Part shown: positions 53,351 through 62,879 of the stretch, in pieces
How positions within the stretch are numbered: the stretch's first letter is position 1
Layout: every line of letters begins with the position of its first letter
Assembly (NCBI GenBank): GCA_965277715.1
Contig: OZ255836.1
Span: 3,040,001 to 3,104,000 of the forward strand
Length of the DNA stretch: 64,000 bases
From: Gammaproteobacteria bacterium
Lineage (GTDB): Bacteria; Pseudomonadota; Gammaproteobacteria; JBCCGL01
Reading direction: 5' to 3'
Position numbers and translations under genes: made by a program
The notes under the pieces: generated by a model
Database searches by the model: none
What the model was told of the DNA's origin: nothing
The model's input: only the letters and a program-made list of their open reading frames with translations

Positions 53351-53719
53351 ATGTCCGAGCTATTTGAAAACTGCAGTGGGCAAAAAGCCCTCAACCTACC
53401 GCAGACAGGCAGTGTCGATATTTCGGCAAACGCATTGGCGTGGCAACCTTGCGGTGCGGATGGATTTTGGATTAAAGCCCTGTATGAAAACCCACAGTCA
53501 TCCCAGCGCACCTGGCTAATGAAAGTGGATGCCGGTGCCTGGTCACCGCTGCACGCCCATACCGAACTTGAGCAAATCTACGTGGTGGAAGGGGCGTTTT
53601 ACGATCAGGAAAAAGAATACCTTGCGGGTGATTATATTATTCGTGCACCGGGTGCAGCGCATACAGCAGGAAGCCATGATGGCGCTTTGGTTATATTATT
53701 TTATACAGCGGCGGCGTGA
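53351..53719 (+). CDS. ChrR-like cupin domain protein
   Basis: HAHTELEQIYVVEG, RAPGAAH. Confidence 0.85.
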   Translation: MSELFENCSGQKALNLPQTGSVDISANALAWQPCGADGFWIKALYENPQSSQRTWLMKVDAGAWSPLHAHTELEQIYVVEGAFYDQEKEYLAGDYIIRAPGAAHTAGSHDGALVILFYTAAA

Positions 53720-53794
53720 TAATGCTGGGCTGATGGCCCTGAAAAGCACCCGGTACGTCAGCCGTACCGGGAATTGGCTATTCACTTCAAAAAA

Positions 53795-54013
53795 TTAAAC
53801 GCGTACGGTGTGGCGCTCAACACCAATATCCTGCAGCAAGTGGCTGGATAACCCGCGCAGTTCATGTTCTGCCTGGGCATCAGCCATTGCCTTGTTCATC
53901 ACATTTGAGAGTTGGGTGTACCAATCGCTGATGTGCGCAAACAATGATTTCTCGCTCGGCGTAAAGGGAAACAGGTGTGAGCCGGCGGTCTGCAAATCGA
54001 GATACGTTGTCAT
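53795..54013 (-). CDS. DUF1127-like small protein
   Basis: ELRGLSSHLLQDIGV motif; GAGGA RBS. Confidence 0.8.
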   Translation of the reverse strand: MTTYLDLQTAGSHLFPFTPSEKSLFAHISDWYTQLSNVMNKAMADAQAEHELRGLSSHLLQDIGVERHTVRV

Positions 54014-54024
54014 GTCGTCAGTCC

Positions 54025-54111
54025 TCAATTAATGATTGTCAAAAAGCCAGTAAAAAGAATAATGCCGCCAATATAAGCAGCGCCCATTTTGATAATAACG
54101 TCAATCACCAT
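54025..54111 (-). CDS. 28-aa hydrophobic microprotein (not in the ORF track)
   Basis: GAGG RBS then MVIDVIIKMGAAYIGGIILFTGFLTIIN*; its stop overlaps the RBS of the DUF1127 gene. Confidence 0.6.
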   Translation of the reverse strand: MVIDVIIKMGAAYIGGIILFTGFLTIIN

Positions 54112-54206
54112 TGCCTCGTCCTCTGTTAACACCGCCGACCCATTCGGTGGTGTTTGTCGATGGGTGTAATATAGGTGTGAATCTGACTGGCATCAAAGGA
54201 AGGTTT

Positions 54207-54223
54207 TTCATACAATGTATGAA
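54207..54223. promoter_or_regulatory. putative LysR operator
   Basis: Perfect palindrome TTCATACA-A-TGTATGAA containing T-N11-A, between divergent genes. Confidence 0.55.
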
Positions 54224-54243
54224 TATTTACTCATGTACTAATT

Positions 54244-55203
54244 ATGCCTGTCCGCATCCCCCCTGTCGCTGCATTGCGCGCTATCGAATCCGCCAGTAGG
54301 CACCTCAGTTATACGCGTGCTGCCGAAGAGCTATTTGTTACACAAAGCGCTATCAGCCACCAGATTCGCCACGTCGAGGAATTGTGGAACCTGAAGCTGT
54401 TTGAGCGCCGGGGCAGGCAGTTGGTGCTCACCGAAGCGGGGCAGGCGGTGAGCCCGGTGATTCGCAATTTTATCGTGAAGATATCCTCAACTGTTGAAAC
54501 ATTGCAAAAAACCGATGTTGGTAAGGCACTGCGGGTCACGCTGTTGCAGTCGTTTGCCTTTAAGTGGCTGGTGCCGAGGCTCGGCCACTTCAACAAGCGC
54601 TGCCCAGGCATCGACATTTGGCTATCGACAACGGAGGAACTGATTGATTTTTCACTGGCCAATGCCGATGCCGGGATTCGACTCGGGCCGGGCGATTGGC
54701 ATAATGTATTTAACGAGCGCTTGTTAAGCGAGCACGTGTTTCCGGTGTGCAGCCCCACTTTTCTCGAAGAACACGGCAAACCGGAAAACCCCGAAGCACT
54801 GCTCAGTTATCCATTGTTGAGGCGCAGTGTGGCCGATATTTGCCCACGCTGGAAAGACTGGTTTAAAGACGCCGGCATCGAGCTCACTCTGATGGCGCAC
54901 GGGGCCAAATTCCCAGGCACCAGCCTCGCCATCCAGGCGGCTATCGACCACCAGGGCGTCGCGCTGGCCCGCAGTGCGCACGTTGTCGAAGACCTCAAGG
55001 CGGGGCGGCTGGTCAATATGTTTCCCGATGTGCTCAGCCCCTCGCCTATCTCATACTACTTTGTTTGTGCGTTAGGGCGCGAAAACGAACCGGAGATCCA
55101 GGCATTTCGCGATTGGCTAAAAGAGGAAGCGGCAATATCCCAACGGGAGTTTGATGAAATCACAACGGGTATACAAAGCGCACAGGCACAGATAGAGTTT
55201 TGA
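54244..55203 (+). CDS. LysR family regulator, GcvA-like
   Basis: RHLSYTRAAEELFVTQSAISHQIR, WLVPRL, GVALARS. Confidence 0.93.
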   Translation: MPVRIPPVAALRAIESASRHLSYTRAAEELFVTQSAISHQIRHVEELWNLKLFERRGRQLVLTEAGQAVSPVIRNFIVKISSTVETLQKTDVGKALRVTLLQSFAFKWLVPRLGHFNKRCPGIDIWLSTTEELIDFSLANADAGIRLGPGDWHNVFNERLLSEHVFPVCSPTFLEEHGKPENPEALLSYPLLRRSVADICPRWKDWFKDAGIELTLMAHGAKFPGTSLAIQAAIDHQGVALARSAHVVEDLKAGRLVNMFPDVLSPSPISYYFVCALGRENEPEIQAFRDWLKEEAAISQREFDEITTGIQSAQAQIEF

Positions 55204-55313
55204 CTTGAAAGGCATTAACCTAAACAGGCAAGATTAATAAATGGAATGGCAAACACACGGTAGGTTTTTCTATAATCACCCTCAGGCAGTATGACGAAAA
55301 CACACTGGATTCC

Positions 55314-56219
55314 ATGACTATAATATTCACAGCGGTTGCCCTGTATATCCTATCGATCATTTTCGTGCGCGTGCGCAATAAAGATAAATTCAGCCTGGCA
55401 CGCCAACTCAGTGATTTTTCCACCTTTATGGTGATCTTCAACATTCCCGCCTACCTGTTGTCACGCATTCCTATTCGACCGATTATCGATAAAAAATGTT
55501 ACCCGGAGTTACACGCCCTGGAAGAAAACTGGGAGGTGATCCGCGACGAAGCGCTGGCGCTGTACACAAGCGGCCACATCGATGTGGGTGACGATATGCC
55601 CGCCAGTAGCTTCTACAAAAATGGGCGCTGGAAAAGTTTCTATCTAAAATCGTATGAAAATGACATCCCCTCTGCCTACCAATTAGCCCCAAAAACCATG
55701 GCGTTGATAGACCAGGTGCCGTCGATGAACATGGCCTTGTTTGCCGCCCTCATGCCAGGCAAGCACTTAAAAAAACACCACGATCCATTTGCCTTTACCT
55801 TGCGTTACTCGCTTGGTCTGAGCACACCCAACTCTGAGCAATGTGGCCTGCTTGTCGACGGTAACAACTATACCTGGCAGGACGGCGACGGCGTAATCTT
55901 CGATGAAACCTACATGCACTCGGCGTACAACGACACCGATAAAGTGCGCTTGATCCTGATGACCGATGTCGACCGGCCACTGCATTCAAAAATTGTGCAA
56001 AAAATTTATTACTGCTTTGGCCGGTTTTTTAACCGCTTATTTGCCATCGATAATATCGACAGCAACTACTCTGGGATAGGCAATAAAATAGGCAGAGGCA
56101 TACTCGCCTACAGCGCAATGTTGAAGAAATTTAAACGTAAAAATAAAGCCCTGTATGTCCTGTTTAAAATCGTTGTGACATTTTCTATTTTGGGTGGCAT
56201 TGCCTGGTTGTTAATTTAG
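55314..56219 (+). CDS. aspartyl/asparaginyl beta-hydroxylase domain protein (LpxO-like)
   Basis: N- and C-terminal TM, WKSFYLK, HHDPF, FDETYMH. Confidence 0.88.
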   Translation: MTIIFTAVALYILSIIFVRVRNKDKFSLARQLSDFSTFMVIFNIPAYLLSRIPIRPIIDKKCYPELHALEENWEVIRDEALALYTSGHIDVGDDMPASSFYKNGRWKSFYLKSYENDIPSAYQLAPKTMALIDQVPSMNMALFAALMPGKHLKKHHDPFAFTLRYSLGLSTPNSEQCGLLVDGNNYTWQDGDGVIFDETYMHSAYNDTDKVRLILMTDVDRPLHSKIVQKIYYCFGRFFNRLFAIDNIDSNYSGIGNKIGRGILAYSAMLKKFKRKNKALYVLFKIVVTFSILGGIAWLLI

Positions 56220-56235
56220 CCATTGCCCACTCTCA

Positions 56236-56293
56236 GGAGCCTGTCGAATTCAGGACTGCCTGCCCTACTGCGGAAAAACCGATCTGGCACTTT
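56236..56293. mobile_element. end fragment of MITE family B
   Basis: GGAGCCTGTCGAATTCAGGACTGC...CTACTGCGGAAAAACCGAT matches the reverse complement of the right end of the 13976-14137 copy. Confidence 0.65.
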
Positions 56294-56833
56294 GTGCTTA
56301 ATGAATAATGAGTTAGTTTTACAGCACCGAATCATTACATAACCTGGAAGGTGTCAACGAGGTGCTCTCCAGACAGCAAAAACCCTTTGCATTGCGTTAC
56401 GCTGTAGCAGCGCACCCAACAATGGATCAGTTTTCTCACTGTGAATCAGTTGCAATATAAACAATGGGTAAAAGGGCAATATTGGAGGGCCGCTTGTTTT
56501 AAGCAAATTCTATTCTACACTTAAGGAAAGCGCATAAAACTGGTGCGATTAACTATTTTTATAAACGTGCCCAGGAGCTCAGTGAGGCTATTTCAGAAAA
56601 TTTCATGGATTCGGGAGAGCGACCGGCTTATGTCCTCGATCAGAAGAGACAGGGGGACTGTTGCCCCCTATTGATCAATAGCAGCCGACCCCCACCCGAT
56701 AAAGGGTTGAAGAGGCGCAGCCATAGATTTCCCCGTTACAACTGACAACGCCATCATATGCTCATTTTTCTTCTATAGTAATACTGTAATAAATATTTTT
56801 ATAAATAAAAAACCCTAACCCAGAGTAACCACC

Positions 56834-59039
56834 ATGATAAAAAAAGAATGTAAAAACTACCCTGACCCAATAGTGCCAACTGCAAATAATATAGCGTGTT
56901 GGGATAGCGATGGCAGTATCGCCATAGTGACAAAACGCCTCAAGGAAATGTTTGTCGAAATGGGGCAGAAAACAAAAATTGAAAGAGGCCAACAACCTGC
57001 CGAACGTGCTGTTTTCAGAAAACAACATGGCGTCGCCTATGGCAACTTCGTCATCAACAAAGATATTCCGGGAAAATTTAAAGTAGGTATTTTTTCTAAA
57101 GATGAATATGAATGTGCTGTTCGGTTTTCCAGCGACACATCGCCAACATCCCCCGATTTACATACGACTATGGGGGTGGGTTTAAAACTCTTCGGCGTTG
57201 AAGGCCCCAAATTACTTGGGAAAGGAACCAACGCTGATTTTATTTTCCAGAATATTGACCGTTTTTTTGCACGCGATGCACAGCAAATGTGCAGTTTTAC
57301 TACCGCCGGTGCCGTAGACCATGATTATGACGCCTATATTGAAAAACACCCGAAATTAGCGCATGTTTTACACGCTATGGCCAAGGAAGAAGCGAGCTGT
57401 TTAAGCGCCAGCTATTGGGCCATTTTACCTTTTAAATTGGGTGATAATAATATTGTCAAATATCGCCTGATCCCTACAAAAGATACCGAGAGGGGCGCGC
57501 CTTTTGACAATAATAATTACCTCGCGCTTGACCTGGAACAACGTCTTCGCACCAAAGAGGCAAGGTTTCGTTTCGAGATCCAATTGAGAACGAACGACAA
57601 CACCATGCCATTAGATGATGCTCAAGTGGTTTGGAGTACTGAAGAAAGCCCTTACATCTGCATTGCTGAATTTACATTTACCACAACAGGATATCTGCAC
57701 CATAGGGCAGGCAGAGTTCGGCACTAATTTGTCTTTCAACATTTGGAGAACACTGGAAGCGCATCAGCCGTTGGGCTCTATTGCTGAAGTAAGAAAGCAG
57801 GTATACGCAGCAAGTGCAGAAGCCCGGCATCAGGCCAATGGTCAACAATTGCAGGAACCCAAAGAGATAAACCCGGCGTTCCAGGGAAATACAGATGAAG
57901 ACAGCCATTGTATTGTGAGAGCGGCTATCTATCCCCCTATAGGTGTAATGCGTGTTGGTAACAGTGAGAGCGAATACTTTATTGGGCCGCAAGTAGATAA
58001 CCCTGCACCAGAAACCGATGAATACGCTTACAGAGACAAAACCGGTGCGTTAAAACGCCAGGCGGCTGAATTTAGAATATATGGATTTAATGCAGCGGGA
58101 AAGGCGATTAAAGAATTAACCGCAAAAAATGCTGAGATCAAATGGCATTCGCATTTGGCCAACCAAAAATCCTCATGGTATGAATTTCAAATAGCATTGG
58201 ATATTCCCGAAGCGGCTGATGCACCCGCTTCCATGCTGCGTAATATCGATATAAAAGACAGAAGCTCACTGCTGATCGATGGGGGGCCACAAAGTATTTC
58301 CGGGTTGAACGTCAAAAATGGGCATCGTTTTGAAGGCAGGTTCCAATCCAAGCCCGTGTACTTAGGCGAAATGCGCACCGACAAAAAAGGGCGTTTAATT
58401 ATGCTGGGGGGGCATGGTAAGTCAGAGAATATTAATGGTGATATCGCCATTACTTTTGCCAACAATGAAGGTTGGTATGACGATATTTCAGACGGGCCAG
58501 TAACGGCTGATGTAGAGTACAAAGGAGTCAGGTTGAAGGTTGACCCTGCCTGGGTAATTTGTGCGCCGCCAGATTATGCACCCATGCAAAAATCGGTACG
58601 TACCATGTGGGATTTAATGCGTGATGTGTCTGTTCAGGCTGAGCTATTAGAACGACCGGCACGCCCTTCCTTCAGCAAAGACATTTTGCCCATCTTCGAA
58701 CGCATGACTAATCTGCAGTGGGTAAATGCGGGTTTTGCTGCGGCCTTTGGTTTCGGTGGCCAATTCAATTACACCACCCTGCAATGGGTGAAACGATTAA
58801 ATGACCCTTCTTCCGCCAATTATGAAATGCGCCGCACTATTTCCAATAATTTCCGACGCTTTAATGTTACAGGAGCTGAAGCGCCTCAATTATGGCCATG
58901 GTTATATGGCGATGCGATTAGCATTCCACCCACAGGTTCTGTTCGTCAGCACGCTACTTTATCCAATCTGCAGTTGGCGTTTCTCGATCAGTGGGTGGAG
59001 GGTGATTTTGGCGCTGATTTTATCGATATGAGCGGCTGC
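56834..59039 (+). pseudogene. catalase-fold domain fused to LodA/GoxA-family CTQ oxidase; 1-bp frameshift near 57670, C-terminus truncated
   Basis: RAVFRKQHG, VRFSS, DFIFQN in ORF1; PLGSIAEVRKQVY catalase end, then IYPPIGVMRVGNS, LKRQAAEFRIYG, NNEGWYDDISDGPV LodA motifs in ORF2. Confidence 0.85.
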
Positions 59040-59155
59040 GCTGTGCGACAACCGAGGATGGCATTCAATGCTGACCATTGATCCTGTGTTGTTGATGCCC
59101 CGTAACGCGCTTTAAACCGATCTTGATAGGCATGAACAACCTGTACAACGTCCAC
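59036..59155 (-). pseudogene. IS91-family transposase, N-terminal remnant
   Basis: VHAYQDRFKARYG...QWSALNAILGCRTAQ (start of the zinc-binding region) directly after the recombinase. Confidence 0.75.
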
Positions 59156-59156
59156 G

Positions 59157-60062
59157 CTACACCTCACCATCGAATTGAAGACGCAAACGTTGCACCAGAC
59201 GACTAATGACGTCATGGGTATTGTTTTGAGTGACATCGGTTAGCTGGGTATACAGCGCAGTGGTTTTGGGGCATTCATGGCCCATTTGCTGTTGAATGGC
59301 ACGCAGATGCAGACCTTCTTCGACCCGGTGTGCGCCATAGCAATGGCGTAGGCTGTGTGGGGTGATGGCCTTGTGAATACCATCGCTTTTGACAATCGCT
59401 TTGAACGACTTTTGCAGACTGCCGCGATCCATCACGTCCACCGCACAGCGTCTCGCCTCGGGTGTTTTACCTCCAGGAAAAATGAACCGGGGATGCCGGT
59501 GCGTTTTCCAATACTGGCGTAAGGCACTCAGTGTTACCGCCAGTAACACGACAAAACGATTCTTTTTGCCCTTGCCCAGGCGTACATGCACCTTCATACG
59601 CTCCCTGTCAATATCGCCAACTTGTAGATGCAACGTCTCGCCCAAGCGTAACCCCATGCTGTAGGCGGTTAAAATAAACATTTGGTAACACAACTCACGC
59701 GTGTTGTTGATCACCTGTTCAATCTCGCCTACCGACAGAATATCGGGCAGTACTTTCTCAATGGGCGGCTTGATGATATCGACCCACACCCATTTTTTGT
59801 TCAACACATGCCGGTAGAAGAATTGGAGGCCATTGCGGTCACACTTGATGGTGCTCCAGGAGTGACTTTTGATTAAAGCATCGAAATAGATTTTGATACC
59901 CTCGACACTGAGTCGATCCAAAGGGCGGTCATAAAAATCGACAATACGGCGCACGGCTCGCGCATAGGCATCAATCGTATTGGGCGCCTTGCCTTGGCGC
60001 TGTAATGCGTTAAGATGTTGTTGATACTGTGAATCGAGTTTTTTCTGTTGAATCTTGTTCAT
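59157..60062 (-). CDS. tyrosine recombinase of an IS91-associated element
   Basis: GLRLGE, GKGKK, HSLRH, MGH, TTALY catalytic motifs. Confidence 0.92.
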   Translation of the reverse strand: MNKIQQKKLDSQYQQHLNALQRQGKAPNTIDAYARAVRRIVDFYDRPLDRLSVEGIKIYFDALIKSHSWSTIKCDRNGLQFFYRHVLNKKWVWVDIIKPPIEKVLPDILSVGEIEQVINNTRELCYQMFILTAYSMGLRLGETLHLQVGDIDRERMKVHVRLGKGKKNRFVVLLAVTLSALRQYWKTHRHPRFIFPGGKTPEARRCAVDVMDRGSLQKSFKAIVKSDGIHKAITPHSLRHCYGAHRVEEGLHLRAIQQQMGHECPKTTALYTQLTDVTQNNTHDVISRLVQRLRLQFDGEV

Positions 60063-60159
60063 GTGAATCTTCCTCTTGTTGTCGGATTCCGGGTAGAGTC
60101 CGTAGAGGAAGTATTCACCTTATTTCATCGAAGGGCTTTTTCTGCCGCATAGCGGCTTC

Positions 60160-60239
60160 GTTCAACAAGGCCATTAAAAATCGCGCGTTTCACGCGCTGG
60201 ATTCGCACAAGTTGCTCGCCTTTTATGGCGGCGTTATCA
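60160..60239 (+). other. attC site 1 (hybrid R'' GTTCAAC)
   Basis: AAC...GCCAT[T]AAAA / TTTTATGGC...GTTATCA with an extrahelical base. Confidence 0.75.
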
Positions 60240-60284
60240 GCCGTAAGCTCAACATAAAATCAAGAGTAAAAAACAAATAATCTT

Positions 60285-61166
60285 ATGATCAATTTAGCTA
60301 AAACCTTATCCCATCTATCTGAAGACAGAGTAAGTGAATTAGAAGTCATCACTCAACGAATCGTGGGGACAGGTAAAGCTGAAATTGTGGTTCTTTTTGG
60401 TTCCTATGCCAGAGGAGATTACAAAGAACAGAGAGGGAAAACCAAAGGGAAAAAGAGTGATTATGATATTTTGATAGTCACCTCCGACTATAATAACCAA
60501 AAAGATTTACGTTCAGAGCTCAGGGAGATATTTCAGGATATTGGCATTGCTGTACAATTGATCGTTGAGGAAATTATTTTTGTTAATAACAGTTTAGAAG
60601 AAACTCAATATTTTTTCACTGATATTAAACGAGAAGGAAAAATTCTTTTTGATTCAGGCCAATATGAGCTCGCCGATTCTAAAGAATTGACACCGACTCG
60701 CAGGCGGGAAATTGCGGAAGCTGATTTTAAACAGTGGTTTAAGACAGCAAAAGGGGCGAATACAAATTATCAGAATAGCATTATACACAAAGATTTTGGT
60801 TGGGCTTCCTTTCATCTGCAACAAGTAGTTGAGATGTGTTATACCGCTATTGAAATGGTATTTGCTCATTACAATCCCCATGAGCACAATTTGCAAGTGT
60901 TACGAAGCCGAGTACTCCAGTTCGACAGCCGTGTCAAAACAGTGCTGCCTTACGAAACGGAAGAGCAGCAAGAACTTTTTGATTACCTCAACTTTGCCTA
61001 TATTGGAGGGCGCTATCGGAGTGAAGAAGAATTTCCGATCACCCAGGAAAAGCTGGATTACTGGAGCAATGAATCAAAAAAATTAATAGACCTGACTGAG
61101 GTTATTTGCAATGATCGAATTGAATGCCTCAAGCAGATTGAGCAAGAATTGAATATAAAAAGCTGA
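60285..61166 (+). CDS. fused nucleotidyltransferase (MNT)-HEPN protein, gene cassette
   Basis: LFGSYARGD..SDYDIL; ASFHLQQVVE, HNL, AYIGGRY. Confidence 0.88.
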   Translation: MINLAKTLSHLSEDRVSELEVITQRIVGTGKAEIVVLFGSYARGDYKEQRGKTKGKKSDYDILIVTSDYNNQKDLRSELREIFQDIGIAVQLIVEEIIFVNNSLEETQYFFTDIKREGKILFDSGQYELADSKELTPTRRREIAEADFKQWFKTAKGANTNYQNSIIHKDFGWASFHLQQVVEMCYTAIEMVFAHYNPHEHNLQVLRSRVLQFDSRVKTVLPYETEEQQELFDYLNFAYIGGRYRSEEEFPITQEKLDYWSNESKKLIDLTEVICNDRIECLKQIEQELNIKS

Positions 61167-61232
61167 TAACAAAAGTGTCAATTTGATGTGTTTTCGCCTC
61201 GCTTCAATGCACAAATTACACAGGCGTTATGT
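61164..61232 (+). other. attC site 2
   Basis: R'' TGATAAC is complementary to the cassette start GTTATCA; GTGT[C]AATTTG / CAAATTACAC; R' GTTATGT. Confidence 0.88.
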
Positions 61233-61253
61233 GGCTTAAGGGAATAGCAACTA

Positions 61254-61577
61254 ATGAAATATGAGTTAACGTTTGCCTCTAATGTCGATGAAAATCGTGT
61301 CGGTGCAGAAATCATTTGCAAGCGTTGGTAAAAATCTTTCTGGGAAGATGTTGCAATCATCTACAAAATAAACGGTGAGTTTGTCGTAGAGCAGCGTGAG
61401 TGCTTCAAGCAAACTAAGGAAGTAGCTAAATTAGTTGAAGCTGCGAAATTCGGCCTACAAAACTATATCAACGCTGAAGGTGTTGAGTTTGAAGAAGGCG
61501 CAATCAGAGCAGAGGTGGCTTTAGAATTGCTATTAAAAGAAGACGGTACAAGCATGGGAGTACAGTTTGAAATCTAA
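61254..61577 (+). pseudogene. orphan cassette gene (107 codons) with in-frame TAA at codon 26
   Basis: MKYELTFASNVDENRVGAEIICKRW*KSFWEDVAIIY...MGVQFEI* fills the cassette. Confidence 0.75.
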
Positions 61578-61585
61578 ACAAGGCC

Positions 61586-61655
61586 ACATAACCAGGCAAA
61601 GCACTGCCACTTCGCTCGGACGCGCCACCGCGCGCCCGTGTTTGCGGCGTTAGCG
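61586..61655 (+). other. attC site 3
   Basis: GCCACATAAC is complementary to the cassette start GTTATGTGGC; GCAAA[G]CAC / GTGTTTGC; R' GTTAGCG. Confidence 0.9.
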
Positions 61656-61658
61656 GTC

Positions 61659-61931
61659 TTAGTACTGACGGCTTTCTTGTACCTCTTTTGCAAGCCAAGC
61701 TTTTATAAGTGATTGATAAGGCATATCTCGTTTATTGGCTTCTACCTTAATACTGTCTAACAAACCTTGCGGTAGCCTTAGTGAAATAGTTTTAGTTGAA
61801 AGTTTAAGGTTAGGTAAAACTGCACGTTCAGCTCTACTTAAATCTAAATATTCACTCGAATCATTACTTTCCCAAAAGCCACGCTCTTCTTTTTCATTCT
61901 TAAAATTGGGTATTTTTTTAAGTTTCGTCAT
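61659..61931 (-). CDS. BrnA/CopG-like antitoxin
   Basis: EERGFWESND, TKTISLRLP, ANKRDMPYQSLIK. Confidence 0.9.
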   Translation of the reverse strand: MTKLKKIPNFKNEKEERGFWESNDSSEYLDLSRAERAVLPNLKLSTKTISLRLPQGLLDSIKVEANKRDMPYQSLIKAWLAKEVQESRQY

Positions 61932-62217
61932 AAGCCATCTTCTCTTTTTTGTGCATATCTCGCGCAGAAATCACACGTATTAACGTGTTCCCCTCTCTTA
62001 GAGTAAAAGCAATATGCAATTTTCTCGCATCATTAGTTTTACCGTAAGCATGGTATCGAGCTTCATGCCTACTGTGCTTTTCATCTACCAACAACAGCAA
62101 CGGGTCATTAAAAAATATTTGCTCTGCCTCTGCTTGGGTAACATTATGCTTTTCTTGGCTTTTTCTGGCATTACCATCATCCCAGTTAAAACCAATTATT
62201 TTAGTCAAATCAATCAT
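61918..62217 (-). CDS. brnT: BrnT family toxin
   Basis: FNWDDGNARK..KH.V, HS..E.R, IRVISAR. Confidence 0.92.
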   Translation of the reverse strand: MIDLTKIIGFNWDDGNARKSQEKHNVTQAEAEQIFFNDPLLLLVDEKHSRHEARYHAYGKTNDARKLHIAFTLREGNTLIRVISARDMHKKEKMAYDET

Positions 62218-62254
62218 ATTATGTATATTATCAAAATATACATTTTTATCAAAG

Positions 62255-62261
62255 TGCTAAC
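62255..62261 (+). other. R'' box of truncated attC site 4
   Basis: TGCTAAC pairs (1 mismatch) with the cassette start GTTAGCG; the rest of the attC is absent. Confidence 0.6.
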
Positions 62262-62321
62262 ATAAATATAAATGAAGGGACCAGATTAGTGATCTAGTAT
62301 AGGTTATGTCAATACCACCCC

Positions 62322-62862
62322 ATGCCAAGATCTCACCGTATAGAATATGAAAACGCCTTCTACCATATAATGAACCGTGGTCGGGAGCGTAAGACGGTTT
62401 TTCATAGCGAAGCTTACTATCAAGCGTTTCTCGCCACATTGACCGAAGCCGCAGAGCGTTTTCACGCCGTGATTCACGCTTATTGCCTAATGGGCAACCA
62501 CTACCACCTCACAGTTGTCCGAGTACAAAGAAAGCCAGAGTGGCGTTGATGTGTGGCCACAATTGCGGGAAAAAGTAGCCAGCAGTGTGATAGTAAAAAC
62601 GGTGGCAAATTGTTGCCGAGTGAGTGAAGGCAGTGTTTTGGATAGTCAAAGTAAAGGAGGTAGCGCGAACACTCCTCGCAAATTGACCATGTACTACTGC
62701 CAGCGGTTTGGTGATATGTTGTTAAAGGCAATTACTCAACATTTTGGGTTAAGTCACCCTGGTGGTGTGTCGAGTGCAATAGCTCGCGTCAAGAAAGAGC
62801 TAGACAAGGGAGAACTTAAAGAGGTGATGCATCAAATTGAAAATCAGCTAAATAGTAAATAA
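62322..62862 (+). pseudogene. RAYT/Y1 transposase with C-terminal DnaA-like HTH, internally deleted
   Basis: MPR..RIEYENAFYHIMNRG, HAYCLMGNHYHL; out-of-frame C-terminal PRKLTMYYCQ..HFG; ends CCTGACCCTT. Confidence 0.8.
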
Positions 62863-62879
62863 CTTGCCTGACCCTTTTG

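Larger units (their letters stand above)
59036..60163 (-). mobile_element. truncated IS91-like element (tyrosine recombinase plus rolling-circle transposase remnant)
   Basis: Gene pair; terminal hairpin GCCGC-ata-GCGGC then GTTC abutting the attC AAC. Confidence 0.75.

Noticed and set aside
54112-54243. gcvB sRNA opposite the gcvA-like gene
   Set aside because: No recognisable gcvB sequence; the divergent unit encodes small proteins instead
56580-56760. Glycine riboswitch or other ncRNA (GGAGAG motif, small hairpins)
   Set aside because: The downstream conserved CCGAAG and CTCAGG elements are not found; no supportable structure
59157-60062. Integron integrase IntI for the adjacent array
   Set aside because: No evident IntI-specific insertion; it is coupled to an IS91 transposase remnant, and the adjacent site looks like attC rather than attI. 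An intI HMM search would settle this
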